From contig MFZK01000003.1 of assembly GCA_001789395.1 (NCBI GenBank), positions 48,390 through 112,389 of the forward strand: 64,000 bases of DNA, read 5' to 3'. The notes beneath the pieces were generated by a model. That model was not told the origin of the DNA and ran no database searches. It was given only the letters and a program-made list of their open reading frames with translations. Position 1 is the first letter of the stretch. Every line of letters begins with the position of its first letter. The stretch is from Candidatus Roizmanbacteria bacterium RIFCSPHIGHO2_02_FULL_37_13b. Its GTDB lineage: Bacteria > Patescibacteriota > Microgenomatia > UBA1406 > HO2-37-13b. This document shows positions 20,787 through 31,471 of the stretch, piece after piece. A program made the position numbers and the translations under genes.

Positions 20787-21938
20787 TTAATAAGTAATTT
20801 GCTTATCCAATAATTTATTATCAATACAAATGTTTTCAAGAATTCTTACAATTCTATTTGACGTCTTCCCATCTCCCCATGGATTTTTTATCATTTTGAT
20901 AAAATTTAAGAATTTCATATCATTTAAGCATTTATCTATGGAATTAGATAGCTGACTGTGATTAAATCCGACATCAATAACATTGCTTCCTTGTGGTCTA
21001 CCAAGTTGCCTGATGCCGACATTCACAACGGGGATACCGAAAGATCCAGATTCAATTCTTCCGGCGCTGCTATTTGTTATCCAACAGGATGTATATTTTT
21101 CCAGTGCTAAAAATATTTTATATTCCAAATTTGGGAATATTCGAAATAGGGGATTATTTTTTTGTTTTTCAATTTCCCTTATGATTTTCATTGCTCCGGG
21201 ATCTGTGTTTGGATAAATTATTACAACAGGTAATTTTGTTTTTTTTACGGCATTAAGAATAATATTCATTTGTCTACCAGCCATGTTAATTTGATTAAAT
21301 ACGGGATGTAAGACTACTAGTATATATTTATCTCCGGGCTTCAGATTTAATAATTTAAATACATCTTTTTTATCCGGCAATTTTTCATTCAATATCGTAT
21401 CCAAGCCCGGTGCACCAACTGTATGAATTCGCCATTTTTCTTCGCCCATTTTCTCGATCCGTTTTGCGGAATCTTCCGTGGCGGCAAAATGAAGATGAGA
21501 AAGTTTGGTAATTGCATGTCTAGCTATTTCATCAATATGATACGTTTTGTCTCCACCATGAATTTGAGCTGTAGGAATTCCAAGATAAACTGAAGCTATA
21601 GCAACCATCAACATTTCCACGCGATCGCCGAGTGTTATAGTCAAGTCTGGTTTTGTTTTATTAAATTCGTTAATTAATTTATTGAATAAATCTGAGGCAA
21701 AATGTGCTGTGGCAATTCTACTATCGCCATGAAATGATACAGCAATTTTTTTCGCGTGAGGAAATTTTTTTTTAACATCACCTTCACTGTGACCGAATTT
21801 TGGCATCAGATGGAGACCAGTATAATACAACTGCAACTTCAACTTTCGACTATTATCAATAGCATTAAGAACTGGGGTCATTAAACCAAAATCCATTCTT
21901 CCACCAGAGACAAACGCTATTTTTTTATATCTTGTCAT
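20787..21938 (-). CDS. neuC: UDP-N-acetylglucosamine 2-epimerase (hydrolysing), NeuC/LegG-like
   Basis: KKIAFVSGGRMDFGLMTPVLNAI and the later HGGD...H motifs of NeuC-type epimerases. Confidence 0.8.
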   Translation of the reverse strand: MTRYKKIAFVSGGRMDFGLMTPVLNAIDNSRKLKLQLYYTGLHLMPKFGHSEGDVKKKFPHAKKIAVSFHGDSRIATAHFASDLFNKLINEFNKTKPDLTITLGDRVEMLMVAIASVYLGIPTAQIHGGDKTYHIDEIARHAITKLSHLHFAATEDSAKRIEKMGEEKWRIHTVGAPGLDTILNEKLPDKKDVFKLLNLKPGDKYILVVLHPVFNQINMAGRQMNIILNAVKKTKLPVVIIYPNTDPGAMKIIREIEKQKNNPLFRIFPNLEYKIFLALEKYTSCWITNSSAGRIESGSFGIPVVNVGIRQLGRPQGSNVIDVGFNHSQLSNSIDKCLNDMKFLNFIKMIKNPWGDGKTSNRIVRILENICIDNKLLDKQITY

Positions 21939-21946
21939 ATTTTTAG

Positions 21947-23002
21947 TTAAATAAAATCTCTTTTCGATAATTGCTGATCAATTTTCACATCTTTAATCAG
22001 CTTTTTTCCAAGAAATGATTGGTAATATCTTGCTGATATTCCCGTAGCAGGTCTTTTACCCTCAATATCTTTAAGAGTTAAAATTTGTCCTTTTTTTAAA
22101 TCGTTTATATATACCAGACTTCTTCTCACTTCCTTAATATATGGAATCTCGCATTTTGCAGGTTTAATGTTTGATCCCATTATTATCTTAACTTTTCGAA
22201 TAGCCATAATTTTTGCCTTTGCATCGGATGGATTTGAGGATGCGTGATGATCCGGACCTTGTAGTTTTTTATCCAAAGTTATATGAAATTCATAAACAGC
22301 AGCACCCATCGATGCTATCATAATTGCAACTTGAATATCTTGACTGTGATCGGAATAACCCACGGGAACATCAAATCTCGACATCATTCTCTCCATGACC
22401 TCTAAATTTACATCAGTTATTTGACATGGATAATCAGTCGTGCAATGTAAAATAGCTATTTTGTGATTGTTTCTAGATTTAACAAAATTTACGGCATCTT
22501 TAATTTCTTTATAACTGGCCATACCTGTGGATAAAATAATAGGTTTCTTCAGTCTTGCAATATGATCTAAAAGCAAGTAGTTGGTCAAATTTCCTGAATC
22601 TATCTTGTATGCTGGCAATTTAAACCTTTCTAAAAAATTTACACTTTGTCGACCTCCTTGTGGTGTGGATAAAAAAAGAATATTCCGCTTATGACATCTT
22701 TCAATAATCGGCTTATAAAATTTATCTGGAAGGGCTAGCTTTCTTAACATATTAAGCTGGGATGTTGTTGTTCCTAAGTTTCTTTTCTGATATGTCGCCA
22801 TCTTTCCCTTTGGAGTAACGACATTTTCCGGTTTAAATGTCTGAAATTTAACGGCATCAGCTCCGCTGTCAGCGGCTGCATCAACTAGTCTTAAAGCCAA
22901 ATCAAGTCGGCTATTATGATTAACACCGGCTTCAGCAATAATGAATATATCTCCATTTTCCTTTATTATTTTTTTTCCTATTTTGAAGGTCTGCTTTGCC
23001 AT
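21947..23002 (-). CDS. neuB: Nonulosonic acid synthase (NeuB/LegI/PseI family)
   Basis: IIAEAGVNHNSRLDLALRLVDAAADSGADAVKFQTF TIM-barrel N-terminus and a C-terminal SAF domain. Confidence 0.85.
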   Translation of the reverse strand: MAKQTFKIGKKIIKENGDIFIIAEAGVNHNSRLDLALRLVDAAADSGADAVKFQTFKPENVVTPKGKMATYQKRNLGTTTSQLNMLRKLALPDKFYKPIIERCHKRNILFLSTPQGGRQSVNFLERFKLPAYKIDSGNLTNYLLLDHIARLKKPIILSTGMASYKEIKDAVNFVKSRNNHKIAILHCTTDYPCQITDVNLEVMERMMSRFDVPVGYSDHSQDIQVAIMIASMGAAVYEFHITLDKKLQGPDHHASSNPSDAKAKIMAIRKVKIIMGSNIKPAKCEIPYIKEVRRSLVYINDLKKGQILTLKDIEGKRPATGISARYYQSFLGKKLIKDVKIDQQLSKRDFI

Positions 23003-23011
23003 CTATATATA

Positions 23012-23797
23012 TCAAATTATCGTCCAACCACCATCAACTAATAAATTATGTCCTGTTATATATGAAGACCCATCAGATGCTAAAAAGAGAGTAGGCAAAA
23101 CAAGATCCTCGGGCTTAGCCATTCTTTTCAATGGGACAAAATCTTCATAAGCTTTAACAAATTTCTTATTTTGATTATCAAAAACACCTCCAGGACTTAT
23201 GCAATTAACACGAACGTTGTATTTACCATAATAACTTGCGAAATAGCGGGTCATTGTATTAATTCCTCCTTTTATCAACGCGTAAGCTGACGGTGATGTC
23301 ATTTTAGTCCCCTCGTAAATCTGAAAATTAGGCCCAACAAGTCCGTATATAGAACTAAAATTGATAATTGATCCTTTTTTTTGTTTCTTCATAATTAAAG
23401 TAACTTGTTGTGTCAGGTTATAATAACTTCCCAAATGATTTATTAGATTTGATTTAATTGATCCGTATTTCACTTTTTCAACATTTAAAGACCAATCCGG
23501 CGTTTTAGGAAAACTACAATTAACAAAAACATCGATTGCTTTGAAACGAATAATTATTGAATTAAATAATTGCTTAACAGCTTTTTCGTTATTGATATCT
23601 ATCTGATAATGAAAAATTGTATTTTTATTAATTTTATTTAGTCCATCAATAAATTTTTTTTTCTCACCTATATCAACTACAACTAATTTAACATTGTGTT
23701 GACAAAATCCTTGACAGAGTTCTTTACCGATTAAACCGAAACCTCCGACTATAACAACTACCTTATCATTTAAATCTGAAAGATTATAGTTTTTCAT
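23012..23797 (-). CDS. Short-chain dehydrogenase/reductase (PtmA-like)
   Basis: VVIVGGFGLIGKELCQG Rossmann motif, ~260 aa classical SDR; lies in the NulO module. Confidence 0.65.
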   Translation of the reverse strand: MKNYNLSDLNDKVVVIVGGFGLIGKELCQGFCQHNVKLVVVDIGEKKKFIDGLNKINKNTIFHYQIDINNEKAVKQLFNSIIIRFKAIDVFVNCSFPKTPDWSLNVEKVKYGSIKSNLINHLGSYYNLTQQVTLIMKKQKKGSIINFSSIYGLVGPNFQIYEGTKMTSPSAYALIKGGINTMTRYFASYYGKYNVRVNCISPGGVFDNQNKKFVKAYEDFVPLKRMAKPEDLVLPTLFLASDGSSYITGHNLLVDGGWTII

Positions 23798-23803
23798 GAT
23801 ATT

Positions 23804-24811
23804 TTAAAAAGCAATGTCTTTTATGTTTACCATTCTTTTTAATTCATGTGATTTATGGGCAGCCAGTATTATTTTTAAATTATTTATCCCATCATTTAGT
23901 GTTATGTTCGGCTTCTTGTTTAATAATAAAGTGTGTCTAAAATCCTTTAACTCCGCAATAAACATGTCGTTTCTGGAGAACGTTTGACTATAATTAATTT
24001 CCCGTTTATTATAATCTTTTCCATTTGATTTCGTTAAGTACAAAATTAATACATTTTGATAATAATCAAATTCAATTTTCCCTTTATTACCAATTATCGA
24101 CCAATTTCTTTGCGGAGGATTTTGAATATAATCTAAGTGTATCTCTGACATCATCCCCGTTTTATACTTAAATAAGATTTCAGCCGAGTGTTCAGTATTA
24201 ATTTTTAGATTGCTGTTACGACTTTCTATACAAAAAACCTGTGATGGCATTCCAAAAAAATAAACCATTAAATCAAATTCATGACATAATGTATTTATTG
24301 GTCCACCACCGAGTTCTTTTCTGGCGGCATAAGTTTTACTGTAATCTTCATTAGGATGCCAAAGGGGTAAATAGTTACCACAAGTGAATTGACAACAAAT
24401 AATTTTTCCTATATTCTCACTTTCAAGCCATTTTTTAATCTGTATAACAGCTGGATGATAACGCATCATAAATCCCATAAATACTTTAAGTTTTTTTTTA
24501 GCAATGACGTGAGTTAATTCTGCCACTCCTGTTTTGTTTGTCGATAAAGGTTTTTCGATAAAGAGATGACATCCGTATTTAGCAAGTTTCATTGCCAAGG
24601 GGATATGCAGACTTGATGGATTTGCAATTATAGCAACATCTGGTTTTTGCTTCAAAGCTTTTTCCAAATCAGTAAAAACAAGAATTGTTGGAAAACTCTT
24701 CATGGGCAAGTTTCTTGTTCTATAAGCAATAATGTCTTTCTCTCCTAATGACAATAAATTTATTAAGTGCCGTTGGCCTATCGACCCTAAACCACAAAAT
24801 ACAAATTTCAT
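23804..24811 (-). CDS. Gfo/Idh/MocA family oxidoreductase (PtmF-like)
   Basis: MKFVFCGLGSIGQRHL N-terminal NAD(P) Rossmann fold and EKPLS motif. Confidence 0.7.
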   Translation of the reverse strand: MKFVFCGLGSIGQRHLINLLSLGEKDIIAYRTRNLPMKSFPTILVFTDLEKALKQKPDVAIIANPSSLHIPLAMKLAKYGCHLFIEKPLSTNKTGVAELTHVIAKKKLKVFMGFMMRYHPAVIQIKKWLESENIGKIICCQFTCGNYLPLWHPNEDYSKTYAARKELGGGPINTLCHEFDLMVYFFGMPSQVFCIESRNSNLKINTEHSAEILFKYKTGMMSEIHLDYIQNPPQRNWSIIGNKGKIEFDYYQNVLILYLTKSNGKDYNKREINYSQTFSRNDMFIAELKDFRHTLLLNKKPNITLNDGINNLKIILAAHKSHELKRMVNIKDIAF

Positions 24812-25704
24812 ATTTTAATTTTTTTTATCTTTGATTTGTGGTAATAATCGTCTTTAATAACTTTATTCTTATCCAGCAAATCTAAATTTGCAGTGTAGTA
24901 GTTATACAGTTTTTTTATACCGACAAAGTACGAGGTGAAAGTCAAATCAGGCATTAATATTTTTAATCTCTTATTACTTCCAGTATATTGGTAATTAAAT
25001 CCCTTATTATTAACTACAATTTTTGATTTATTAGATGAAATTTGATTGATTATATCAACTATCTCACTTAGAGCTATTGATTTTGACGGTATAATATTCA
25101 AATCTCTAATATTTATTCTATGCTCAACTATAAATTCAACTATTGAAATAAGATCATCAATGTATAAATAATCAAAAATTACATTTTGTTTAATGATAAT
25201 TGGTTGTTTAAAAATATTTTTAGCTATAGAGTTAGAAATGAATTTGAAAAGATAGTCTTCATACTTGCCGTAAATCCCGAAAAGTCTCAAATTAACTACT
25301 TTAGGATTATTTTTGCTTATCGAATGACAAATATATTTTGCTAATCCATAATCATCTTTTGGAATATATTTGCCAAATTCAGATTCCTTGATTTTAACTA
25401 AATCTCGACTTTTATCATACTCGGCACCGGACCCAAAATAAATAAATTTTTTGACTTTATCTATATTTCGATAAAGATTTAAAAACATGGAAATTGTATC
25501 TTTAAATAAATATTGTCCTTTCCCAACAGCGCTATGTATGACAACGTCAATACTGTTTTTCTTAAAGTATTTATTAACGGCAGCAGAATCTGTTAAATCA
25601 AGATCTTGATGAGTAGGGGAGAGAATATGATATTTTTTTCCTAATCCTTCAATTAAATTTCTTCCGATAAAACCAGACCCACCGGTAATTAAAATTGTTT
25701 TCAT
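24808..25704 (-). CDS. NAD-dependent epimerase/dehydratase (SDR)
   Basis: ILITGGSGFIGRNLIEGL motif. Confidence 0.7.
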   Translation of the reverse strand: MKTILITGGSGFIGRNLIEGLGKKYHILSPTHQDLDLTDSAAVNKYFKKNSIDVVIHSAVGKGQYLFKDTISMFLNLYRNIDKVKKFIYFGSGAEYDKSRDLVKIKESEFGKYIPKDDYGLAKYICHSISKNNPKVVNLRLFGIYGKYEDYLFKFISNSIAKNIFKQPIIIKQNVIFDYLYIDDLISIVEFIVEHRINIRDLNIIPSKSIALSEIVDIINQISSNKSKIVVNNKGFNYQYTGSNKRLKILMPDLTFTSYFVGIKKLYNYYTANLDLLDKNKVIKDDYYHKSKIKKIKI

Positions 25705-25743
25705 AGTTTATTTATTAAATTTACGTTTCGACTTTCGGTTTTT

Positions 25744-27525
25744 TTAACTGAACGTCTTCATAATCGCTTCAAGTTCTTCTTTTGGCAGATGCGGCCACAT
25801 ATCCTCAAGTGATCCAGACTCCAACGAGCCGTCTAGTTTGCGCCGTGTGACAGATCGCGGCATTCTTGATTGATCATAAGAAATATTTACTTCATATAGC
25901 GTTGGTCCTTTTGTAATTAATGCTCTTCTAATTTTTTTTTCAATTTGACTATTATTTGAAATATAATCATATTGCAGGTCATAGGCGCTTGCTAATTTTT
26001 TGAAATTTGGATTTATTACTCCTGAATTTTTATCAGCTCCAACCAACCGTCCTTCAAATAAACTATTTTGAGTATCCCTGATTGATTTATAGCCTTTATT
26101 GTTAAAAACAAATATTTTTATGGGTAATTTGTAATAACGGATTGTGTTTAATTCCTGTAAATTAAACTGAATGCTACCATCTCCAGTGACACAAATGGAT
26201 CTCTTTCGATTATTTGCAATGCACGCGCCAATTGCAGCAGGCAAACACCATCCCATTTGACCAAAATTTTTATTAACATACGCCCGTTGACCTTCTTTAA
26301 TCTTAAATGCTTGATTAAAACTAATCACATCTAATCCCATGCCTGTTGTTAAAATATCCTCTTTAGTCAATAAATCGGATAATTTGTCCATAAATAAATA
26401 GCTGTTGACGTGTTTTTTGTCTTGTTTGAATTTCGAAATAATAGTCGGGTATTTCTCTTTCCAAAGTTTACCTGTCGTAAGCCATAGTGGATCTAAATGT
26501 AATTTAACATTTGACGATTGTTTTATAAACGCTTCAATAAAATCTTTACCATCCATTTTTATAGACATGTCTACATTTATTGTTTTTTTTTGAAGTTCAC
26601 CTTTATCAATATTAACCATTACTATTTTCCCCTTTCTTGCGAAGTTACTATAATTAAAGCCTGTAGAGGCAATGTTTAAACTGGCACCAATGCTTATTAT
26701 TAAATCTGCATTTTGAAGGACTAAATTTGCCCGTCTATAACCAGACGGACCAAAATAACCAATTAACTTTGGATGACTAAAGGGAATTAAATCCAATCCG
26801 TTTAATGTTAATAAAATTGGTATGTCAAATTCATCTAGAAGTTTATTTATAGTTTCACTTGCTCCTGATAAACGAATTCCATGGCCAAGAATAAAAACCG
26901 GTCGTTTAGATAATTTTAGTAGCGAAATCACCTTCCCAACTTTTTTTATTTTATTATTTTTCGACTTATATTTTGGGATATTAAACGATTTCAATTTTGC
27001 TTCGTCAATATTAGACCCCTGAACATCAAGCGGGATATTTAACCAGACAGGACCAGGCCGATTTGTCGTTGCCTCATGGAAACCCTTCTCCAATTCAAAT
27101 TTAATACTTTCCGGATTCATAATCGTTACGGCATATTTTGTTATCGGTTTTACCATCGGAATAATGTTCACCTCTTGATTTCCCATTTGCCTTAATTTTG
27201 AATAATCAGCAATTACTTCCCGTTTAACTTGACCTGATATCACCAACATCGAAATCGAATCTACCCAGGCAGCAGCAACTCCTGTAATAGCATTTGTTGA
27301 ACCAGGTCCTGTAGTCACTAAACATGCTCCAATTCTATTTTTCAATCTTGCATAAGACTCGGCACAAGTTGCACTTGCCTGCTCATGATAATTGGAAATA
27401 TATGTAATTTTCTTATTTCTATAGATCGCATCTAAAAGGTACATTATCCCACCACCGGATACTAAAAAAATATCGGTGATCCCTCGTTTTACAAGAAAGT
27501 CAATTACGTAATCAGCTACAATCAT
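25744..27525 (-). CDS. Thiamine-diphosphate-dependent enzyme, acetolactate-synthase-like (YerE-type candidate)
   Basis: 593 aa; N-terminal Pyr domain VADYVIDFLVKRGITDIFLVSGGG...HEQASA...TTGPGSTNAITG; C-terminal ThDP motif GDGSIQFNLQEL...NNKGY. Confidence 0.75.
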   Translation of the reverse strand: MIVADYVIDFLVKRGITDIFLVSGGGIMYLLDAIYRNKKITYISNYHEQASATCAESYARLKNRIGACLVTTGPGSTNAITGVAAAWVDSISMLVISGQVKREVIADYSKLRQMGNQEVNIIPMVKPITKYAVTIMNPESIKFELEKGFHEATTNRPGPVWLNIPLDVQGSNIDEAKLKSFNIPKYKSKNNKIKKVGKVISLLKLSKRPVFILGHGIRLSGASETINKLLDEFDIPILLTLNGLDLIPFSHPKLIGYFGPSGYRRANLVLQNADLIISIGASLNIASTGFNYSNFARKGKIVMVNIDKGELQKKTINVDMSIKMDGKDFIEAFIKQSSNVKLHLDPLWLTTGKLWKEKYPTIISKFKQDKKHVNSYLFMDKLSDLLTKEDILTTGMGLDVISFNQAFKIKEGQRAYVNKNFGQMGWCLPAAIGACIANNRKRSICVTGDGSIQFNLQELNTIRYYKLPIKIFVFNNKGYKSIRDTQNSLFEGRLVGADKNSGVINPNFKKLASAYDLQYDYISNNSQIEKKIRRALITKGPTLYEVNISYDQSRMPRSVTRRKLDGSLESGSLEDMWPHLPKEELEAIMKTFS

Positions 27526-27535
27526 ATTATTCCAA

Positions 27536-27578
27536 TCAATCCCGGGATCGCAACAAAGCTAATTCTATCCCGGGATTA
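27536..27578. repeat. REP-like palindromic doublet (third copy of the repeat that flanks the RAYT gene)
   Basis: tcaatcccgggatcg-caacaaagctaat-tctatcccgggattac; ~90% identical to the doublets at 61222..61275 and 61955..62000. Confidence 0.6.
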
Positions 27579-28524
27579 CTAATTTATACCATTCATATAT
27601 TTTTTTAATTTGACTTGTCATAGTATATTGCGGCTGCCATCCACAAATTTTTTTGACTTTATTAAAATTCAGAGTCTGATAGGGAATTTCATTATTTGCG
27701 TTATTTATAATCTTGTATTTAATTTTTCTATTTAATTTGGTTTCAACAATTTTTATTACTTTAATGACTGAAAGGGTGTCTTTTGATCCGAAATTAAATG
27801 CTTGTCCCTTCGTCTTATCAATATTTTCCATCAGCTTAATATAACCCGATACAACATCTTTGATATAAATATAATCACGAACATGTTTTCCGTCACTACG
27901 TATTTTTAGTGTTTTATTTTGAATAATAGACCTTAAAATATCAGGAATGAGTCGAGAAAAATGGAAATCACCCTCACCGTATACATTACCAAAACGGGTC
28001 ACAGTCACGGGTAATCCATAAGTTTTATAATAACCTAAACTTATCATGTCAGCAGCGGTTTTAGATAATTCATACGGATGATCTGATAAAAGGGGATCTA
28101 TTTCCCGATACTTTCTCTTTCCTTGTTTTCCATAAGCTTTGTCTGATGAGGCGATCACAACACCTTTAATATTTTGTAAACTCCGGGTAGCTTCCAGAAC
28201 ATTCACCGTACCCTGAACGTTAGTTTCAAACATTATTCTCGGATTATCATATGCATTTTCTACTTCGGATACAGCAGCAAGGTGATATACAAAATCGGGT
28301 TTTATCTTTTTAATAAGACTTGATAATCTCTGAAAGTTTCGGATATCGCAACTCGCATATTTTACTTTTTTTAGTGTAGGACAATTGGCGAAGTATGATA
28401 GGGGATGGATTCTTATGTCACATGCAATAATCTTATAATCCTTTTTCAACAATTCTTCTGCTAAGTGCGATCCAATGAATCCCGTACCACCGGTGATAAG
28501 AATTTTATTATTTTTTATTTTCAT
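27565..28524 (-). CDS. NAD-dependent nucleotide-sugar epimerase/dehydratase (SDR)
   Basis: ILITGGTGFIGSHLAEELL, YELSK catalytic motif; the last codons (…VIPG) are supplied by the REP element. Confidence 0.7.
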   Translation of the reverse strand: MKIKNNKILITGGTGFIGSHLAEELLKKDYKIIACDIRIHPLSYFANCPTLKKVKYASCDIRNFQRLSSLIKKIKPDFVYHLAAVSEVENAYDNPRIMFETNVQGTVNVLEATRSLQNIKGVVIASSDKAYGKQGKRKYREIDPLLSDHPYELSKTAADMISLGYYKTYGLPVTVTRFGNVYGEGDFHFSRLIPDILRSIIQNKTLKIRSDGKHVRDYIYIKDVVSGYIKLMENIDKTKGQAFNFGSKDTLSVIKVIKIVETKLNRKIKYKIINNANNEIPYQTLNFNKVKKICGWQPQYTMTSQIKKIYEWYKLVIPG

Positions 28525-29452
28525 TCAATATTTTTCTTATAATATATCTTGGTCTTTTTTTTACTTCAAGAAAGATTTTGGCCAAATATTCGGCAATTAT
28601 ACTGATCGACAAAAGTTGTACGCCTCCTAAAAATAGAATGGCTAAAATTAATGTAGGTATCCCGCGTGGGGAGTTTTTGTACATAAAATATTGAACGACA
28701 TCTATCGTCAATAATGCAAATGAAAAAAACATTACAATAAAAGCAATCTTTGATATCCACTCAAGCGGTTTTAAAGAAAAATTAATTATTATGGTTTTCG
28801 CCCACCAAAAACCTGATAAAAGACTCTCTGTTGATGTTCCTCTCACTCTGCTATCTCTCACATATTCTATCCCTGTCTGACGAAATCCTACATATGCCCT
28901 AAGACACCTAATGTAATAATCATATTCATCAATTTTTGTTAATTCCGTTATTACTTTTTTATCCATCAGTGAAAATTCACCGGCGTTAAGCGGTATATCA
29001 ATATAAGCCATCTTTTTTAAAAGCGCATAAAAACTTTTATAAAAAAGATTCCATAAAATGCCGTATCCTTTTCGCGACTTTCTTACGCCGTAGACGACAT
29101 CATAACCATTTTTCCATTGTTTAATGAATTTTGGGATCAACTCAGGCGGATCCTGAATATCTCCATCCAAGAGTACAGAGGCATCACCATTTGAGTATCT
29201 CAGTCCGGCGATAAAACTGGATTGAGGCGTACCGAAATTACGACTCATAAAAATTATCTTAACCTTCTTGTCCTTTTTAGCCAATTTATTAAAAATTTCT
29301 TCCGAACCATCTTTTGAACAGTTATCAACATAAATGATTTCATAATCGTATGGAATTTTCTTAAAAACCGAAACTAGACGCTGATACATTTCATTAATAT
29401 TTTCTTTTTCGTTGAAACAGGCTATTATTATTGATATTGTTTTTTTTCTCAT
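28508..29452 (-). CDS. GT2 polyprenyl-phosphate sugar synthase-like glycosyltransferase with C-terminal TM helices
   Basis: ISIIIACFNEKENI...IIYVDNCSKDGS; two C-terminal TM segments. Confidence 0.7.
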   Translation of the reverse strand: MRKKTISIIIACFNEKENINEMYQRLVSVFKKIPYDYEIIYVDNCSKDGSEEIFNKLAKKDKKVKIIFMSRNFGTPQSSFIAGLRYSNGDASVLLDGDIQDPPELIPKFIKQWKNGYDVVYGVRKSRKGYGILWNLFYKSFYALLKKMAYIDIPLNAGEFSLMDKKVITELTKIDEYDYYIRCLRAYVGFRQTGIEYVRDSRVRGTSTESLLSGFWWAKTIIINFSLKPLEWISKIAFIVMFFSFALLTIDVVQYFMYKNSPRGIPTLILAILFLGGVQLLSISIIAEYLAKIFLEVKKRPRYIIRKILNENKK

Positions 29453-29479
29453 ATGTTGTATTTATTCACGACTTAGAAG

Positions 29480-30550
29480 ATGCAGACTTTATTATATAAT
29501 ATCTTCATGAATTCTATTATCGGTCAGGATCTCGACTATATATTATCGACTGACATTCCCTGGACCAGACTTCGTAATAAAACGTTCCTCATCTCGGGGG
29601 CTGCGGGATTTATTGCATCTTATATTGTCAGGACTTTGGTCAAACTCAATGATCAAAAGCACTTAAATATTAAAGTCATTGGTATTGTTCGCAATAAACA
29701 AAAAGCAAAAATAAAATTAGCGGACATTATCAAAAGAGCTGATTTTAAATTAATTATTCATGACGTCTGCAAACCAATAATTATCAGAGAAAAAATTGAT
29801 ATTATAATTCACGCAGCCAGCTTAGCTAGTCCAAAATATTTTAATACCAATCCTGTTGAAACTCTAAATGCAAATATTTTTGGAACAAAAAATCTTCTTG
29901 AACTTGCAAAGGAAAAAAAATCCGATCATTTTCTTTTTTTAAGTAGCGGAGAAGTCTATGGAAAATTATCAAAAAAACAATTACCTACAAATGAAAAATC
30001 TTATGGATATATTGATCTTTTGGATGTCAGGTCTTGCTATGCAGAGAGCAAACGAATGGGTGAAGCAATGTCTATAGCGTGGAACCACCAATACAAAGTA
30101 CCAACGAAAATTGTCCGATTGTTTCATACGTATGGACCAGGAATTTCCCTAGATGATGGTCGTGTATTTGCTGATTTTGCAGCAAATATAATTAACAATC
30201 AAAATATAAATTTAAAAAGTACAGGTACGGCAATCAGATCTTTTTGTTATATTGCCGATTGCGTAACCGGAATATTTACAGTTTTATTTCAGGGTAAAAA
30301 CGGCGATGCTTATAACATTGCCAATGATAAAGGCAACACCAGCATTAAGAATTTAGCCAAATTATTGGTCGATATTTATCCTGAAAAAAAACTCAAAGTA
30401 ATTATAAAAAAAAGAAAAAAAAACGATCCATACTTACGAAGCCCAATCCAGATTAACGATCCGGACATATCGAAGATTAAGTCTCTTGGCTGGAAACCAA
30501 AATATCCACTTCAAACAGGATTTAAAAGAATGATTGATAGTTACCTTTGA
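29480..30550 (+). CDS. NAD-dependent epimerase/dehydratase (UDP-glucuronate decarboxylase/4-epimerase-like SDR)
   Basis: FLISGAAGFIASYIVRTL, YAESK catalytic motif. Confidence 0.7.
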   Translation: MQTLLYNIFMNSIIGQDLDYILSTDIPWTRLRNKTFLISGAAGFIASYIVRTLVKLNDQKHLNIKVIGIVRNKQKAKIKLADIIKRADFKLIIHDVCKPIIIREKIDIIIHAASLASPKYFNTNPVETLNANIFGTKNLLELAKEKKSDHFLFLSSGEVYGKLSKKQLPTNEKSYGYIDLLDVRSCYAESKRMGEAMSIAWNHQYKVPTKIVRLFHTYGPGISLDDGRVFADFAANIINNQNINLKSTGTAIRSFCYIADCVTGIFTVLFQGKNGDAYNIANDKGNTSIKNLAKLLVDIYPEKKLKVIIKKRKKNDPYLRSPIQINDPDISKIKSLGWKPKYPLQTGFKRMIDSYL

Positions 30551-30553
30551 AAA

Positions 30554-31471
30554 ATGAATAGAATAAACCGATTACAACGAACTTATAGAGAATATAGATC
30601 TGGCAGAATCACTAAATCCACTTATATTAAAAGAATGCATGATATCCATAAGATTCTTTTTGATTATTCAGATTTTATTAAAAAAACTGATATATCCAGC
30701 ATTGACATTAATACTTACGACGTAATAATGACATTAAATAAAACAGGATTGAAATTTCTTTGTGATAAAAATGATCATCGAATCGCACCAATTGAAATTA
30801 TCAACTTTAGTACATACGAAAATGAAGAAATGGCTGTCACTTTAAAGCTAATAAAGAAAAATTATACTATATTTGATATTGGCGCCAATATCGGTTGGTA
30901 TTCATTAACTCTGTCTCGCTTAAAAAAAAATATCCAAATCTATGCTTTTGAACCTATTTTGAGAACTTATAAATATTTAAACAGAAATATTGCGCTTAAT
31001 AATATTAAGAATATAAAAACAATGAATTTTGGTTTTTCAGATAAAAATAAAAAAATTAAATTTTATTATTATCCTGAAGGATCAGGAAATGCATCTGCTT
31101 TGAATATATCACATCACCCCAACGCTGAAAAAATAACAGGTCGGATTATGAAATTGGATGATTTTATTAATAAAGAAAATATAAAGATTGACCTTATTAA
31201 GTGCGATGTCGAAGGAGCTGAGCTCTTTGTCTTTAAGGGTGCCATAAACACCATCAAACAACAAAAACCGATTATTGCCACAGAGATGCTTCGAAAGTGG
31301 TCAAAACCTTTTAATTATCATCCGAATGATATTATTGAGTTGCTCGGTACAGTTGGATATAATTGCTACGTTGTCAGAAAAAAAAGATTAATTAACATGC
31401 CATATATCACCGATCATACGAAGGAAACAAATTTCTTTTTTTTACATCATCAAAAACATAAAAACATATGA
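30554..31471 (+). CDS. FkbM-family SAM-dependent methyltransferase
   Basis: IFDIGANIGWYSLTL and KCDVEGAE motifs, diagnostic of FkbM methyltransferases. Confidence 0.75.
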   Translation: MNRINRLQRTYREYRSGRITKSTYIKRMHDIHKILFDYSDFIKKTDISSIDINTYDVIMTLNKTGLKFLCDKNDHRIAPIEIINFSTYENEEMAVTLKLIKKNYTIFDIGANIGWYSLTLSRLKKNIQIYAFEPILRTYKYLNRNIALNNIKNIKTMNFGFSDKNKKIKFYYYPEGSGNASALNISHHPNAEKITGRIMKLDDFINKENIKIDLIKCDVEGAELFVFKGAINTIKQQKPIIATEMLRKWSKPFNYHPNDIIELLGTVGYNCYVVRKKRLINMPYITDHTKETNFFFLHHQKHKNI

